Below, piece after piece: positions 1 to 8,874 of a stretch of DNA of 64,000 nt. The notes under the pieces were generated by a model. The model did no database searches, had not been told where the DNA came from, and saw only the letters and a program-made list of their open reading frames with translations. This DNA is from a virus (lineage: Duplodnaviria > Caudoviricetes): positions 14,752 through 78,751 of IMG/VR virus record IMGVR_UViG_2596583600_000002. One strand, written 5' to 3'. Within the stretch, counting starts at the first letter, position 1, and each line of letters starts with the position of its first letter. Both the position numbers and the translations under genes were made by a program.

Positions 1-57
1 GCGGGCATATCCTCGCCCCACGCGACGGCCGCGCGTTCGAGGTTCGTTGCGCTAACA

Positions 58-660
58 TTAAGAGACATGGTGAATCTCCGCGGCTAAAAATTTTTGGGTC
101 GGAGACAGGGGGAAGCGTTCACCGCTGTTGCGGTCGATGAGGGCCACCACGGTGCGGCGGCGGTCATATTCGACCGATGGGTGTTTCGAGCCGGATGGAC
201 GGCCCAGCCTCCAGTGCGGCTGTTCGCCATCGCCGCGATCTGTGCGGACGAGATAGCCAGCGCGCGTGAGCTGGTTGAGGAAGTTCCGTGCGGGTCTGCG
301 ATCGACGCTGGCGGCCATGCAGAGTTCGACAAGGTCAAATGATCGCATCACGCGGATGGCCGACCAGATGCGCTGCCGCGTCGAGCGCGGTTTCGGTTCG
401 CGCGGGACCGCCCCCACGGTCGGCGGGTTGCGGAAGGCTTTCGCCTTCTGATGCATGATATAGCTCTCCGGTTTGTCGATCCGCTCAATCAGACCGGCCC
501 CGCGCCAGCGATTGAGCAGTTCAAGAATGTCGCCGAGCGGCAATGTCGGGCCGTCGCTGCACACAATGTCAGCGATGGACAGAGGAGCCTGGGCGAAGCG
601 AAGCAGGGTCCAGGCCGCCAGTTTCGGATTGTGCATGCGCGTGACGGTGACGAAGTTCAC
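58..660 (-). CDS. Mu-like early protein, probable tandem winged-helix DNA-binding protein
   Basis: 200-aa ORF downstream of MuB; RQRIWSAIRVMRSF..EL...NFLNQLTRAGYL is a wHTH-like pattern. Confidence 0.6.
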   Translation of the reverse strand: MNFVTVTRMHNPKLAAWTLLRFAQAPLSIADIVCSDGPTLPLGDILELLNRWRGAGLIERIDKPESYIMHQKAKAFRNPPTVGAVPREPKPRSTRQRIWSAIRVMRSFDLVELCMAASVDRRPARNFLNQLTRAGYLVRTDRGDGEQPHWRLGRPSGSKHPSVEYDRRRTVVALIDRNSGERFPLSPTQKFLAAEIHHVS

Positions 661-947
661 GGACGGCCCCCGCGATCCAGCGCATGAGCCAGCTCACCCG
701 CGATGTGGACCATCCGATCCTTTTCTCGGACCTCATCGGGTGAGGCCGTTCCGTGCATGGCGCGTCCGCAGAGATGGAGCGCCTCGCCTGCGATCTTGCG
801 ATGCAGGATCGTCATGTCTTCGCGGCTCAGTATCAGGGCGAAGATTTCTTCGCCGCGTTGCTCGGCTTCACGAAGAGCCTTGCCCAGGTCGCGTTCGAGC
901 TTTGCCTTGACCGGCGGCTGCATCGGGTTGGGAAACCGGGCCGTCAT
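657..947 (-). CDS. hypothetical phage protein
   Basis: ATGA overlap with the MuB stop and 4-nt overlap with the next gene. Confidence 0.6.
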   Translation of the reverse strand: MTARFPNPMQPPVKAKLERDLGKALREAEQRGEEIFALILSREDMTILHRKIAGEALHLCGRAMHGTASPDEVREKDRMVHIAGELAHALDRGGRP

Positions 948-1759
948 GCGATTTCCCTCCGACGGACGGGAACGTCGCCATTCGCCACCGGGCGGCTGCC
1001 CCACCATGCGGCGTCGACTTCGGCCACGCCTTCTTCAGCGGCGAGGCGCTGGGCCGCGCGCAGGTTCGTGACGATGCGGCGGGTGATGCCCTTGCAGCGC
1101 TGCCGGAACATGTCGGCAAGATCGTCGGCGACGGCCACCCTTGTGCAATAATGGTCCCTCAACTTGAGAGTGTCGGCCGGGGAGGCCGGTTGTGCGGGGG
1201 TGGCGATCAGGATGCGGTTATCGAACCGCTCCCATTCCTTCAGCTTCACCGGCAGCGCTTCTTCCCCGATCATCAGGATGGGGATCGACGTCGCGTCGTG
1301 AATGTCGCGGATGATCTCGACCGAGCGTTTCTGGACCAGATGGTCCATTTCGTCGATGATGATGGGGCGCGGTTCGTGGTTGAGTTGGTCTATGACCTGC
1401 CGCAGCAACCGGGCCACGGTTCGTTCCGGGCGGGTGATGCCCAGTTCTTCAGCCAGGGCTTCGAGCAATGAGCGTTGCGACCAGACAGACTGGGCGACGA
1501 CATAGGCCGCCCCGGTGCGCGCCGCCGTGAAGGCGGCCGCGACCGTCTTGCCGTATCCGGAAAAGCCATAGAACAGGCCCATGCGGGGGGCTTCCTGCCC
1601 GGCGTCCTGACAGTCCAGCATGGTGCGGAGCGCCAGCGCCATATTGGTCAACTGGGCGCGCCCGGCGGGCGTATCTCCCAAATCAAGCCGTGGCTGGGTG
1701 GCAAAGTGGTTCATCGGCGTTTCCTCCGTTGTGAATGGCTGTTGAAAGGCGGTTGTCAT
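944..1759 (-). CDS. MuB-like DNA transposition AAA+ ATPase
   Basis: Walker A GFSGYGKT, Walker B IIIDEMD, ILMIGEE; coupled to the transposase. Confidence 0.9.
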   Translation of the reverse strand: MTTAFQQPFTTEETPMNHFATQPRLDLGDTPAGRAQLTNMALALRTMLDCQDAGQEAPRMGLFYGFSGYGKTVAAAFTAARTGAAYVVAQSVWSQRSLLEALAEELGITRPERTVARLLRQVIDQLNHEPRPIIIDEMDHLVQKRSVEIIRDIHDATSIPILMIGEEALPVKLKEWERFDNRILIATPAQPASPADTLKLRDHYCTRVAVADDLADMFRQRCKGITRRIVTNLRAAQRLAAEEGVAEVDAAWWGSRPVANGDVPVRRREIA

Positions 1760-3573
1760 GCGAACCCCCGGCGGCGCTGGGCCGGGGCGGGCGACGGTGC
1801 GCCGAAATCGGCGGCAATCATTTTCTCCGCCCGATATTCGGACGTGGTGGCATAGAGGCGCGCCCGACGAAGGGCTTCCGGATCGACCGTTTCGCCGCGC
1901 TCGGCCGCGAAGATGAGCGCGTCGGCTTCCGCCATCTTCTCGGCGGGCGTTCTCGTGGCGCGGGAAGGTGCCGTGGCCGTCCGGGCCAGCGCCTCTTCCA
2001 GCCGCGCCTGATCCGGCACCGAAGGCGATGGCGCGGTGGCGATGCTGTCCATGGCGGGCGTGGATGCGGGGCGCGATGGCATCGGCAGATGAGCCAGCTT
2101 GCCCGCCCGCTCCGCCTCGTCCCGCAGCACGGTGTCCATGGCCTTCTCGACGGAGAAGGATGCCTTTTTCTTGCGAAGCTCGACGCGCTGGGCGTTGATG
2201 AGGTTGGCCATTTCGCGGCGGGCGGCGAGTGCCATTTCCCGCTGGGAGAAGCCCGCGCGCTCGACGTTCACGGCGGTGTCGATATATTCGCCCGCTTCGT
2301 CAAAGACGTAGAGCGCGCCAAGGTCGCCCTCGTCCCAGCGCAGCATGACCTGTTTGCCCATGAACGGAACCAGCGTGTCGGCCCAATAGCGGCCATTCTT
2401 CCACCGAACGCCGCGCTTGGTCACCATGGACGGGCCGATCACCGCGCTGAAGGCGATCTTGAGGATGCTTTCAGGCGGGGCGGAGCGCGCCGGTTCGGGG
2501 GAGCGCTGCCATTTTTCCATCGGCGGCATGCCGATCATGCTGTGCCTGCGCTGGTGATAGGTGCCGTCTACCCACGCATCCAGAATGCGTTGCAGCTCGG
2601 CGCTGTCGATCCCGGCCTCTATGACGGCCCGGCCCTTCTCCTTCTTCGCACGGGCGCGAAGTTGCTGCGCCTGCGCGACGTTATGACCAAGGAAGCCCTT
2701 GAGCATGGAGGCGCGCTCGCGGTTGAACGTGCCGAACACCCGCTCGATATGCGGCTTGTCCTCCGGGTGGCCGGGGAGGCAGGGGTCCAGTTTGATGCCG
2801 ACCGCGTCCAGCGACGCGATGATGGACGCGTTGATGAAGCCGGAGCCGTGATCGACCTTGAGGATCGCAGGCATCGCCCCCCATGCCAGCATGGTTGTCA
2901 CCAGCATCTGGCGCACGGACTGGGCGCTTTCGCTTTCCACCACCATGAACCGGGCGCGGCGCGACCAGCGGTCGATGATGCCGAGGATGGCCTTGCGGCC
3001 GTCGGTGCACATCACGTCCGCCTTGGTCGTGTCGATCTCCCACATTTCGTGGGCGTAGGAGACGGTCGCATCCATGCGGCCGAGCGCCGGGCGATACATG
3101 GACTTGAATTTGTCCGGATCGCGTTCTGCCGTGAGCAGGACTTTATGTTCTTTCTCGACGCGACGCATGTAGCGCTTCAGCGTTGGGAGGGACGGAAGAT
3201 TTGCGAACTCGGCTTGCAAAAGTTCCATGACGCGCGTGGATGCATGCTTGTGGTCGGCGAGGATGACCAGGACGGCGTCCGCGACGTCGGGGTGACGGTC
3301 GAACCAGTCGCCCTTGGGGCGGCCGACGGAACGGGTGACGGAAAGGTTGGCGGGCGCAGTCCCGTCGCGGAGTCCATCCTGAGCGGATTTGGGCAGGTGC
3401 AATATGCTGAAGAAGCGAGCCTCGCCCCCACGCACCACCCGTGTCTCATATGCCCAGCCTTCAAGGTCGGCGCGGATCAGGACGCCCCTTTTCGTGGTCG
3501 GAAGACCGGGCAGGCGGAGGTCGGCGATTTCCTGCGCGCTCAGATATGCGGCTGGCCCCCCGATGACCGTCAT
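1756..3573 (-). CDS. MuA-like DDE transposase
   Basis: N-terminal Mu HTH (LPGLPTTKRGV...W...GG), WEIDTT, KVDHGSGF, KPHIERVFGT, Mu C-terminal domain. Confidence 0.95.
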   Translation of the reverse strand: MTVIGGPAAYLSAQEIADLRLPGLPTTKRGVLIRADLEGWAYETRVVRGGEARFFSILHLPKSAQDGLRDGTAPANLSVTRSVGRPKGDWFDRHPDVADAVLVILADHKHASTRVMELLQAEFANLPSLPTLKRYMRRVEKEHKVLLTAERDPDKFKSMYRPALGRMDATVSYAHEMWEIDTTKADVMCTDGRKAILGIIDRWSRRARFMVVESESAQSVRQMLVTTMLAWGAMPAILKVDHGSGFINASIIASLDAVGIKLDPCLPGHPEDKPHIERVFGTFNRERASMLKGFLGHNVAQAQQLRARAKKEKGRAVIEAGIDSAELQRILDAWVDGTYHQRRHSMIGMPPMEKWQRSPEPARSAPPESILKIAFSAVIGPSMVTKRGVRWKNGRYWADTLVPFMGKQVMLRWDEGDLGALYVFDEAGEYIDTAVNVERAGFSQREMALAARREMANLINAQRVELRKKKASFSVEKAMDTVLRDEAERAGKLAHLPMPSRPASTPAMDSIATAPSPSVPDQARLEEALARTATAPSRATRTPAEKMAEADALIFAAERGETVDPEALRRARLYATTSEYRAEKMIAADFGAPSPAPAQRRRGFA

Positions 3574-3712
3574 GAACCGCCTCCGGGATTGATGTCGGAT
3601 TGATGTTGAACGGAAGGCGCTGAAAACCGTGCCATTTTGGTCCGGCGTTCATTTTTTCGGGGGCGAACGTAGAGCAAACAAGACTCGGCCCGGCGCGTAT
3701 GATAGGCAGCGA

Positions 3713-3967
3713 TCATGCCGCGTCGCTCCGGCTTGTCATTGACAGGCGTGTGCCTGTCTTTCCGTAACGCGAGGGCCAGATGGTTTTGGGATGTGTGCCG
3801 AGGAAGTCCGCAATGATCTTCTCAGCTTTGGCTGACACGCGCGCGTGGAGAGCGAGCGACATTTGCTGGCGCGACATGCCGTTGCAGCGGCCCAGCGCTG
3901 CTAGGGTGGACCCAGCCTTGCGAACCGCTGCCTTTATGTCCTCGGGGTGCATGTCGCTTGATTGCAC
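3713..3967 (-). CDS. ner: Ner-like transcriptional regulator (start GTG 3967 or ATG 3952)
   Basis: MHPEDIKAAVRKAGSTLAAL...EKIIADFLG..PKTIWPSRY is the Ner/SfsB signature; divergent from the repressor. Confidence 0.88.
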   Translation of the reverse strand: MQSSDMHPEDIKAAVRKAGSTLAALGRCNGMSRQQMSLALHARVSAKAEKIIADFLGTHPKTIWPSRYGKTGTRLSMTSRSDAA

Positions 3968-4002
3968 GTCACTTCTCTCTCTGGCTGTCTGTTGACATGC
4001 AT

Positions 4003-4043
4003 AATGACAGGTAAAATGACAGGTCAAGAGAAAAATGATAGGT
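4003..4043. promoter_or_regulatory. operator-like direct repeats AATGA(C/T)AGGT x3 over the divergent ner/repressor promoters
   Basis: copies at 4003, 4015 and 4034; TTGACC on the minus strand overlaps them. Confidence 0.55.
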
Positions 4044-4705
4044 CTCGTGTTGTCGGCTGGTCTCCCGACGCCGCTTTGCGCCTTAAGCAGGCGGTCAAAT
4101 CCTTTGGAAGTCAGGCGTCTGTCGCGGAAATGGCCGGGCTTTCGCGGCCTTCACTGGTAGAGATTTTGGCGGCGCGCTCCGTACCCACCAACCAGACGCT
4201 GGAAAGCCTCTGCCGAGTGCTGGGCGTCAAGGAAGACGATATTGTGCAGGGAGCGGCCCTAAGGACAGAGCATGGCAACATGGCTTTCGTTCCGCTTCAT
4301 GACGTGCTGGTGTCGGCCGGTTATGGCGCAAGCGCCGTCGAAGCTGGCGAGTCGCCGGAGCATCTCGGTTTCCCAAGCGGATGGCTCCGTCGACAATTTG
4401 GCGATCCCCAAAATCTTCGCGTGGTTCAGGTTAAGGGCGACAGCATGTTTCCCACGCTGGGGGATGGCGATCTGGTGATGATCGACCTGTCCCGACGCGA
4501 ACCTGTCGACGGGATTTTCGTTTTGCGGCTCGATGAGCAGTTGATGGTCAAGCGGGTGCTTTTCCCGACTGCTCGACGCATCCTGGTGACGAGTGACAAC
4601 CGGGATTATGAACGGTGGGACCGCATGATCGATCTCGAAAACGGTGCGACGAGGGATGGATTTAAATTGATCGGCCGCGTGGTGTGGGCAGGCAAGGCGA
4701 TCTAA
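4016..4705 (+). CDS. CI-like repressor, HTH plus S24 autopeptidase (start uncertain, 4004/4016)
   Basis: XRE HTH, SAGYG cleavage site, VKGDSMFPTL, LMVKRV, IGRVVW. Confidence 0.92.
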   Translation: MTGQEKNDRSRVVGWSPDAALRLKQAVKSFGSQASVAEMAGLSRPSLVEILAARSVPTNQTLESLCRVLGVKEDDIVQGAALRTEHGNMAFVPLHDVLVSAGYGASAVEAGESPEHLGFPSGWLRRQFGDPQNLRVVQVKGDSMFPTLGDGDLVMIDLSRREPVDGIFVLRLDEQLMVKRVLFPTARRILVTSDNRDYERWDRMIDLENGATRDGFKLIGRVVWAGKAI

Positions 4706-4720
4706 CGACGAGGGGGGTAA

Positions 4721-5215
4721 ATGACCAAGGCACGACCAGATGGTTCTGGGCAGATTACCGGAGCATGGGTGCTATTGCTGCTAGGCATGCTCGTTTCTGT
4801 GGTCGGTATATTCAGAGATGTAAGCACTTATCCTAGCATTGATTTAGCGGATTTGGCGGCCAAATGGATGATGATCTATGTTGGCGGCGCAATGATCACC
4901 ATATCTTTCTTCCTGTTTTTGGCGGGGTGGATCATCCGTGCGATTTGGTTTCTTCCCGGTCGCGATGATGCTGTTTTGGTGAGCAATGGCCTCCAGCCGC
5001 TGGGGGAGGATGGCGAGCAACCCACGATCCTTTCGGAAGAGCCGGGGCGGCCGATGAATTTCCGCACTGCTTTTCTGATCATTGGGGGGATGCTCCTGCT
5101 GCTTGGCGTTGTCGTTTCCTATGGTGAATACAAACGACAGGCTGTCTCAACGGAATATGAGGCCGTTGGCGCGAACACCAGCAATGCAATTATCGAGAAC
5201 ATCATCGGAAACTGA
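4721..5215 (+). CDS. accessory membrane protein (about 3 TM)
   Basis: GAGGGGG RBS; three hydrophobic segments; follows the repressor. Confidence 0.7.
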   Translation: MTKARPDGSGQITGAWVLLLLGMLVSVVGIFRDVSTYPSIDLADLAAKWMMIYVGGAMITISFFLFLAGWIIRAIWFLPGRDDAVLVSNGLQPLGEDGEQPTILSEEPGRPMNFRTAFLIIGGMLLLLGVVVSYGEYKRQAVSTEYEAVGANTSNAIIENIIGN

Positions 5216-5227
5216 ATCCTGTCATAT

Positions 5228-5242
5228 GTTCCTCTTTTGTTC
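5228..5242. promoter_or_regulatory. alphaproteobacterial LexA box GTTC-N7-GTTC
   Basis: GTTC CTCTTTT GTTC, intergenic. Confidence 0.8.
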
Positions 5243-5283
5243 TATATGTTCTCCATCGACCGAGTCGCGGATGGAGGCATCTG

Positions 5284-5616
5284 GTGCGTTGGCAATTTCG
5301 CATGTTCAATCAGCCTGCGGGGCCGCGGCGGAACAGCCAGTCGGCTGCGTGGGCTGATGCCTCAAGGGCCGGGCATGTGCAGATCGACCAGTGGGACCGT
5401 CATTTTCTGACGGTGCCCGCCAATGTCATCTGCGATCCTTTCGGGCGATTGGATCAGGAGAAAGATGATGAAACATTTCAAGCCCGATGCAACTACAGCC
5501 AGGCCCAATTTCGCGAGGTGGTTGCTGGCGCAGCAGAAGAGAGACGACCAGATCGGCGAACTGGCGAAGGCCGCGCGCCGCGATCCAAGATTTCCGATCG
5601 AAGGGTGCGTCGCTGA
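5284..5616 (+). CDS. hypothetical protein behind the LexA box
   Basis: GGAGG RBS plus GTG start; 3' half overlaps the next gene, so the true end is uncertain. Confidence 0.4.
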   Translation: MRWQFRMFNQPAGPRRNSQSAAWADASRAGHVQIDQWDRHFLTVPANVICDPFGRLDQEKDDETFQARCNYSQAQFREVVAGAAEERRPDRRTGEGRAPRSKISDRRVRR

Positions 5617-5704
5617 CGTCGGCACCAGGCTGAACAAGCTGGAGGCGGACCCCGACATGCATTGCGCCCTTGAGGACGCGGAGCTGGAATGGTTGTCCTA
5701 TTGA
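5468..5704 (+). CDS. YozE SAM-like family protein
   Basis: FARWLLAQQKRDDQIGELAKAARRDPRFP motif; CAGGAG RBS. Confidence 0.72.
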   Translation: MKHFKPDATTARPNFARWLLAQQKRDDQIGELAKAARRDPRFPIEGCVADVGTRLNKLEADPDMHCALEDAELEWLSY

Positions 5705-6000
5705 TGCGCCGGATGCCGCGACAGGAATTGCTGGAACGGTTTGTCAGCGCCTTGCGGGAGGAGCCAGAGTTCAGAACAAGGCATTCGCGCGAGTTGCTGG
5801 CGGTCGGCCAGCGCGCCAATCAGGTCGCCTCCCGGCTTGCGGCTCTGATTGATAACGGCAGCTTCATGGTGATCTGTGCTGACCCCATAAATGCTCATGG
5901 AGCGCCGGGGCGATGGGGAGCCGACGAGCCTGATCCGGCTGGTCCGCCGCGTTCGGCCCATAATATGTTGGCGGCCCCACCGCCGCGTCGAGAAATGTGA
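5704..6000 (+). CDS. hypothetical protein
   Basis: TGATG coupling to the upstream gene. Confidence 0.45.
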   Translation: MRRMPRQELLERFVSALREEPEFRTRHSRELLAVGQRANQVASRLAALIDNGSFMVICADPINAHGAPGRWGADEPDPAGPPRSAHNMLAAPPPRREM

Positions 6001-6159
6001 GGCGATTTTAAGGCCGTATGGCGCACGATTGGCCCGTGGGCGGGGTTGATGCCTCAAACGGCGTCAACCCCCATGGGCATCGTGCCCACGGGCAATTAGG
6101 GGCTATTCCCTTCCGCCTCTTCCGTGCCAACATGCGCGAGAGGCGAAAGAGGCTTGGCG

Positions 6160-6309
6160 ATGCTCAATGAATGGTCGGATCGGCAACCGGATGCACCAGC
6201 CTCGCCCTGGGCGCGGATGGCGGATGGTTCCATCATCGCGATCGTCTCTATCGGCACCTTGATTTTCCTGCTGGCCGGACTGAGCGGCCTTGTCGGCCTG
6301 ATTTGGTGA
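6160..6309 (+). CDS. small single-TM protein
   Basis: GAGG RBS; C-terminal hydrophobic helix. Confidence 0.5.
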   Translation: MLNEWSDRQPDAPASPWARMADGSIIAIVSIGTLIFLLAGLSGLVGLIW

Positions 6310-6374
6310 AGTGGCCTTGCAATATCGTTCCTGTGCTGCGATCTGGCGAATAGGCCGCAGCCAATAGCCATGCG

Positions 6375-6394
6375 TGTCCCTGCAGGGACATCAA
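6375..6394 (+). promoter_or_regulatory. putative late-activator site TGTCC-N6-GGACATCAA, head operon
   Basis: perfect 16-bp palindrome; second copy at 22872 with identical 37-nt spacing to ATG. Confidence 0.65.
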
Positions 6395-6427
6395 TCGCGT
6401 TCCGGCCGCCCCGCTATCCGGTGGGGC

Positions 6428-7402
6428 ATGGATCAGACACCCCCTTCCATCCGCATAGCGCGAACGGGCACCTTCAAATCGAATGAGGGTGTCGATGTGC
6501 ATTTTGGCCCGTCGAAACTGGCTGAGATCGCCGCCGCCTATGATCCGGCATCCGATCCGGCCCCGCTCGTCATCGGCCATCCGCAACTGGATCATCCGGC
6601 CTATGGCTGGGTGGAGAGCCTGACGGTCGAGGATGGCGAACTGATCGCCACGCCGTCGGACATCGAGCCGAGCTTTGCCGAAGCCGTCCGCAAGCGCCGA
6701 TACGCCAAGGTTTCGCCCCGTTTTTATACGCCGGGCCATCCCGGCAACCCCAAGCCCGGCACTTGGTATCTCAAGCATATCGGGTTCCTGGGCGCACATG
6801 CGCCCGGCATTAAGGGACTGGGCACCGTCGCCTTCTCCGAAGGCGATGATCAGGGCGTCGCCACTTTTGAATTTTCCAACAGCAAGGATGCATCCATGAA
6901 CAAAGACGCCCTTGAGGCGAGCTTTGCCGAGCGCGAAACCGCGCTTGGCGAGCGCGAGCGGACGCTCAATGAGCGCGAGCAGAACATCGGACAGCGGGAG
7001 GAGGCACAGCGCGTCGCAGCCACCAAGGCGCTGCATGAAGGCAATGTCAGCTTTGCCGAGGGCATGGTTGCCGACCTGAAGCTGGCTCCGGCCGGAAGGG
7101 GATTGCTGGTCGGCGTCCTTGACCATCTGGATACGACTGGCGTCGTCAGTTTCGGCGAGGCAGGCGATATGACGCCTGCGGGTGCGCTCAAGAAGCTGCT
7201 GTCTTCGGCGGCCCCACTTCTCGATCTTGGCGAGCGCGGCAAAAAGCCTGCCGAGCAGCAGCCCTATGTCAGCTTCGCCGCGCCCGATGGTTATGAGGTC
7301 GACCCCGACAAGGCCGATCTTCATGCCCGCGCCACCCGCATCCAGCAGGAGCATCCTGAATTGAGCTGGATGCAGGCCGTGGCCCGCGCCCAGGCGGGCT
7401 GA
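6428..7402 (+). CDS. Mu gpI-like prohead protease/scaffold
   Basis: APLVIGHP..DHPAYGWV, YAKVSPRFY, YLKHIGFLGAHAPGIKGL. Confidence 0.88.
   Translation: MDQTPPSIRIARTGTFKSNEGVDVHFGPSKLAEIAAAYDPASDPAPLVIGHPQLDHPAYGWVESLTVEDGELIATPSDIEPSFAEAVRKRRYAKVSPRFYTPGHPGNPKPGTWYLKHIGFLGAHAPGIKGLGTVAFSEGDDQGVATFEFSNSKDASMNKDALEASFAERETALGERERTLNEREQNIGQREEAQRVAATKALHEGNVSFAEGMVADLKLAPAGRGLLVGVLDHLDTTGVVSFGEAGDMTPAGALKKLLSSAAPLLDLGERGKKPAEQQPYVSFAAPDGYEVDPDKADLHARATRIQQEHPELSWMQAVARAQAG
6896..7402 (+). CDS. probable internal in-frame scaffold (Mu gpZ-like)
   Basis: AAGGA RBS before in-frame ATG AAC AAA, followed by a coiled coil; matches the Mu I/Z arrangement. Confidence 0.55.
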   Translation: MNKDALEASFAERETALGERERTLNEREQNIGQREEAQRVAATKALHEGNVSFAEGMVADLKLAPAGRGLLVGVLDHLDTTGVVSFGEAGDMTPAGALKKLLSSAAPLLDLGERGKKPAEQQPYVSFAAPDGYEVDPDKADLHARATRIQQEHPELSWMQAVARAQAG

Positions 7403-7438
7403 TCTTCGCTCCTACGCACTCTTTCCACTAGGTGAAAT

Positions 7439-7774
7439 ATGCAGAAAACCGTCATTTTTTCCATGTCGCAGATCGCCACGGCGGCCGTCGCGACGGCGCG
7501 CTTCGTGGGCATGCTGACCGGCGCGCATTGTGCGGCCGCTGCCAAGGCGCTTGGCGTTTCCCAATATGCGGCCGCGAGCGGCGAGGCGTTCGCCGTCGAC
7601 GTGCTGGGTACGACGATCGTCGAAGCCGGTGGCGCGATCGCCGCCAAGGGGCCGGTCAAATCCGATGCTAACGGCAAGGCCATCGCTCAGGCCGGTGCTG
7701 GTGAAATCCTTGGGTATGCGGTCACGGCCGCGACGGCCGACGGGCAGAAGATCGAAATTCTCCTCACTCTATAA
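7439..7774 (+). CDS. capsid cement/decoration protein (DUF2190-like)
   Basis: Ala/Gly-rich, VEAGGAIA.G..VKSDANGKA; lies between protease and capsid. Confidence 0.75.
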   Translation: MQKTVIFSMSQIATAAVATARFVGMLTGAHCAAAAKALGVSQYAAASGEAFAVDVLGTTIVEAGGAIAAKGPVKSDANGKAIAQAGAGEILGYAVTAATADGQKIEILLTL

Positions 7775-7879
7775 CGAGCGGGCGGCGATGACGGCCGCCC
7801 GAGCACTGCCCATGGGAGGCGGCCTGACGTCCAGGCGGCGCAACGGCCTCCCAACCGCTTCAACGAAAGGTTTATTTCC

Positions 7880-8809
7880 ATGTCCATGAACAGTGCCCAG
7901 GCGCGCGTCCTCGATCCGATTCTTACTCAGCACGCGCGCGGCTATACCAACGCCGAATTTGTCGGCCATGCGCTCTTTCCTGTGGTCACCATGCCTACCC
8001 GCGCCGCCAAGCGGATCGAGTTTGACCGCTCGTCCTTCCGTCGCCGCCGCACCCGCCGCGCGCCCGGCGCGCCCATCGCCGCGCTGGAATTCGGCTATGA
8101 AGGGAAGCCGGTTGCCCTGCATCAAGAAGCCCTTTCGGCCGTCACGCCGATCGAGCATCAGCAGGAAGCGGGGGCTGTGCCTGGCATCGACCTTCAGCAG
8201 GTCGGCGTCGATACCGTGCTGGCCGTCATCGCGATGGAAAAGGAAATCCAGCAGGCGGAAGTCGCGCGCAATGCTGCCAGCTATGCTGCGACGAACAAGG
8301 ATGCGCTCGCTGGCGCGGAAAAATGGTCCGATCCCGACAGTGATCCCAAAGCGCAGGTCTATGATGCGAAGGAAGTGATCCGCAAGCGCATTGGTCGCCG
8401 TCCCAATACGTTGGTGCTTGGCGGTGGCCTCACCAGCGCGCTGGGCAAGCACCCGCTCATCACCGCGCATTTCCGGCCGACCAATGCCGCCGCGATCTCG
8501 CTGGCGATGCTGGCCTCCTATTTCGACGTGGAGAGCGTCGTGTCAGGCGATGCGATCTACGACCAGGCCGATGGAACCACGGTCGATGTCTGGGGCGGTG
8601 ATGCGATCCTGGCATGGGTGGCTCCGGCCGGTCAGCGCCAGATGCCGCTTCCCAGCTATGGCTACACCTATCAGCTTCAGGGCCATCCCCTGGTCGAGCA
8701 GGCGCGCTTCGACGCCGATATCCGTAGCTGGAAGAACGACTGCCTCGACGAATTCTCGGCCGAGCTCGTCGGCGCCGACGCGGGCTTCCTGTTTCAGGAC
8801 GCTCTCTGA
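7880..8809 (+). CDS. major capsid protein
   Basis: DPILTQHARGY.N.EFVG..LFP.V, IGRRPNTLV, PSYGYTY, GADAGFLF. Confidence 0.88.
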   Translation: MSMNSAQARVLDPILTQHARGYTNAEFVGHALFPVVTMPTRAAKRIEFDRSSFRRRRTRRAPGAPIAALEFGYEGKPVALHQEALSAVTPIEHQQEAGAVPGIDLQQVGVDTVLAVIAMEKEIQQAEVARNAASYAATNKDALAGAEKWSDPDSDPKAQVYDAKEVIRKRIGRRPNTLVLGGGLTSALGKHPLITAHFRPTNAAAISLAMLASYFDVESVVSGDAIYDQADGTTVDVWGGDAILAWVAPAGQRQMPLPSYGYTYQLQGHPLVEQARFDADIRSWKNDCLDEFSAELVGADAGFLFQDAL

Positions 8810-8832
8810 TCAGAGCGCCTTTTCGGGCGGGG

Positions 8833-8860
8833 GCGCTGCACTGCTCCCGCCCATTTCCTT
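8833..8860 (+). terminator. possible terminator hairpin after the capsid gene (approximate bounds 8825-8860)
   Basis: GGGCGGGGGCG...TGCTCCCGCCC followed by ATTTCCTTT. Confidence 0.4.
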
Positions 8861-8874
8861 TGCTGGAGTCCATC

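Noticed and set aside
1735-3603. 622-aa plus-strand ORF
   Set aside because: Antisense shadow of the transposase; long open antisense frames are expected in GC-rich coding DNA
5197-5211. Second LexA box GAAC-N7-GAAA
   Set aside because: Mismatched and inside a CDS; not supportable on its own
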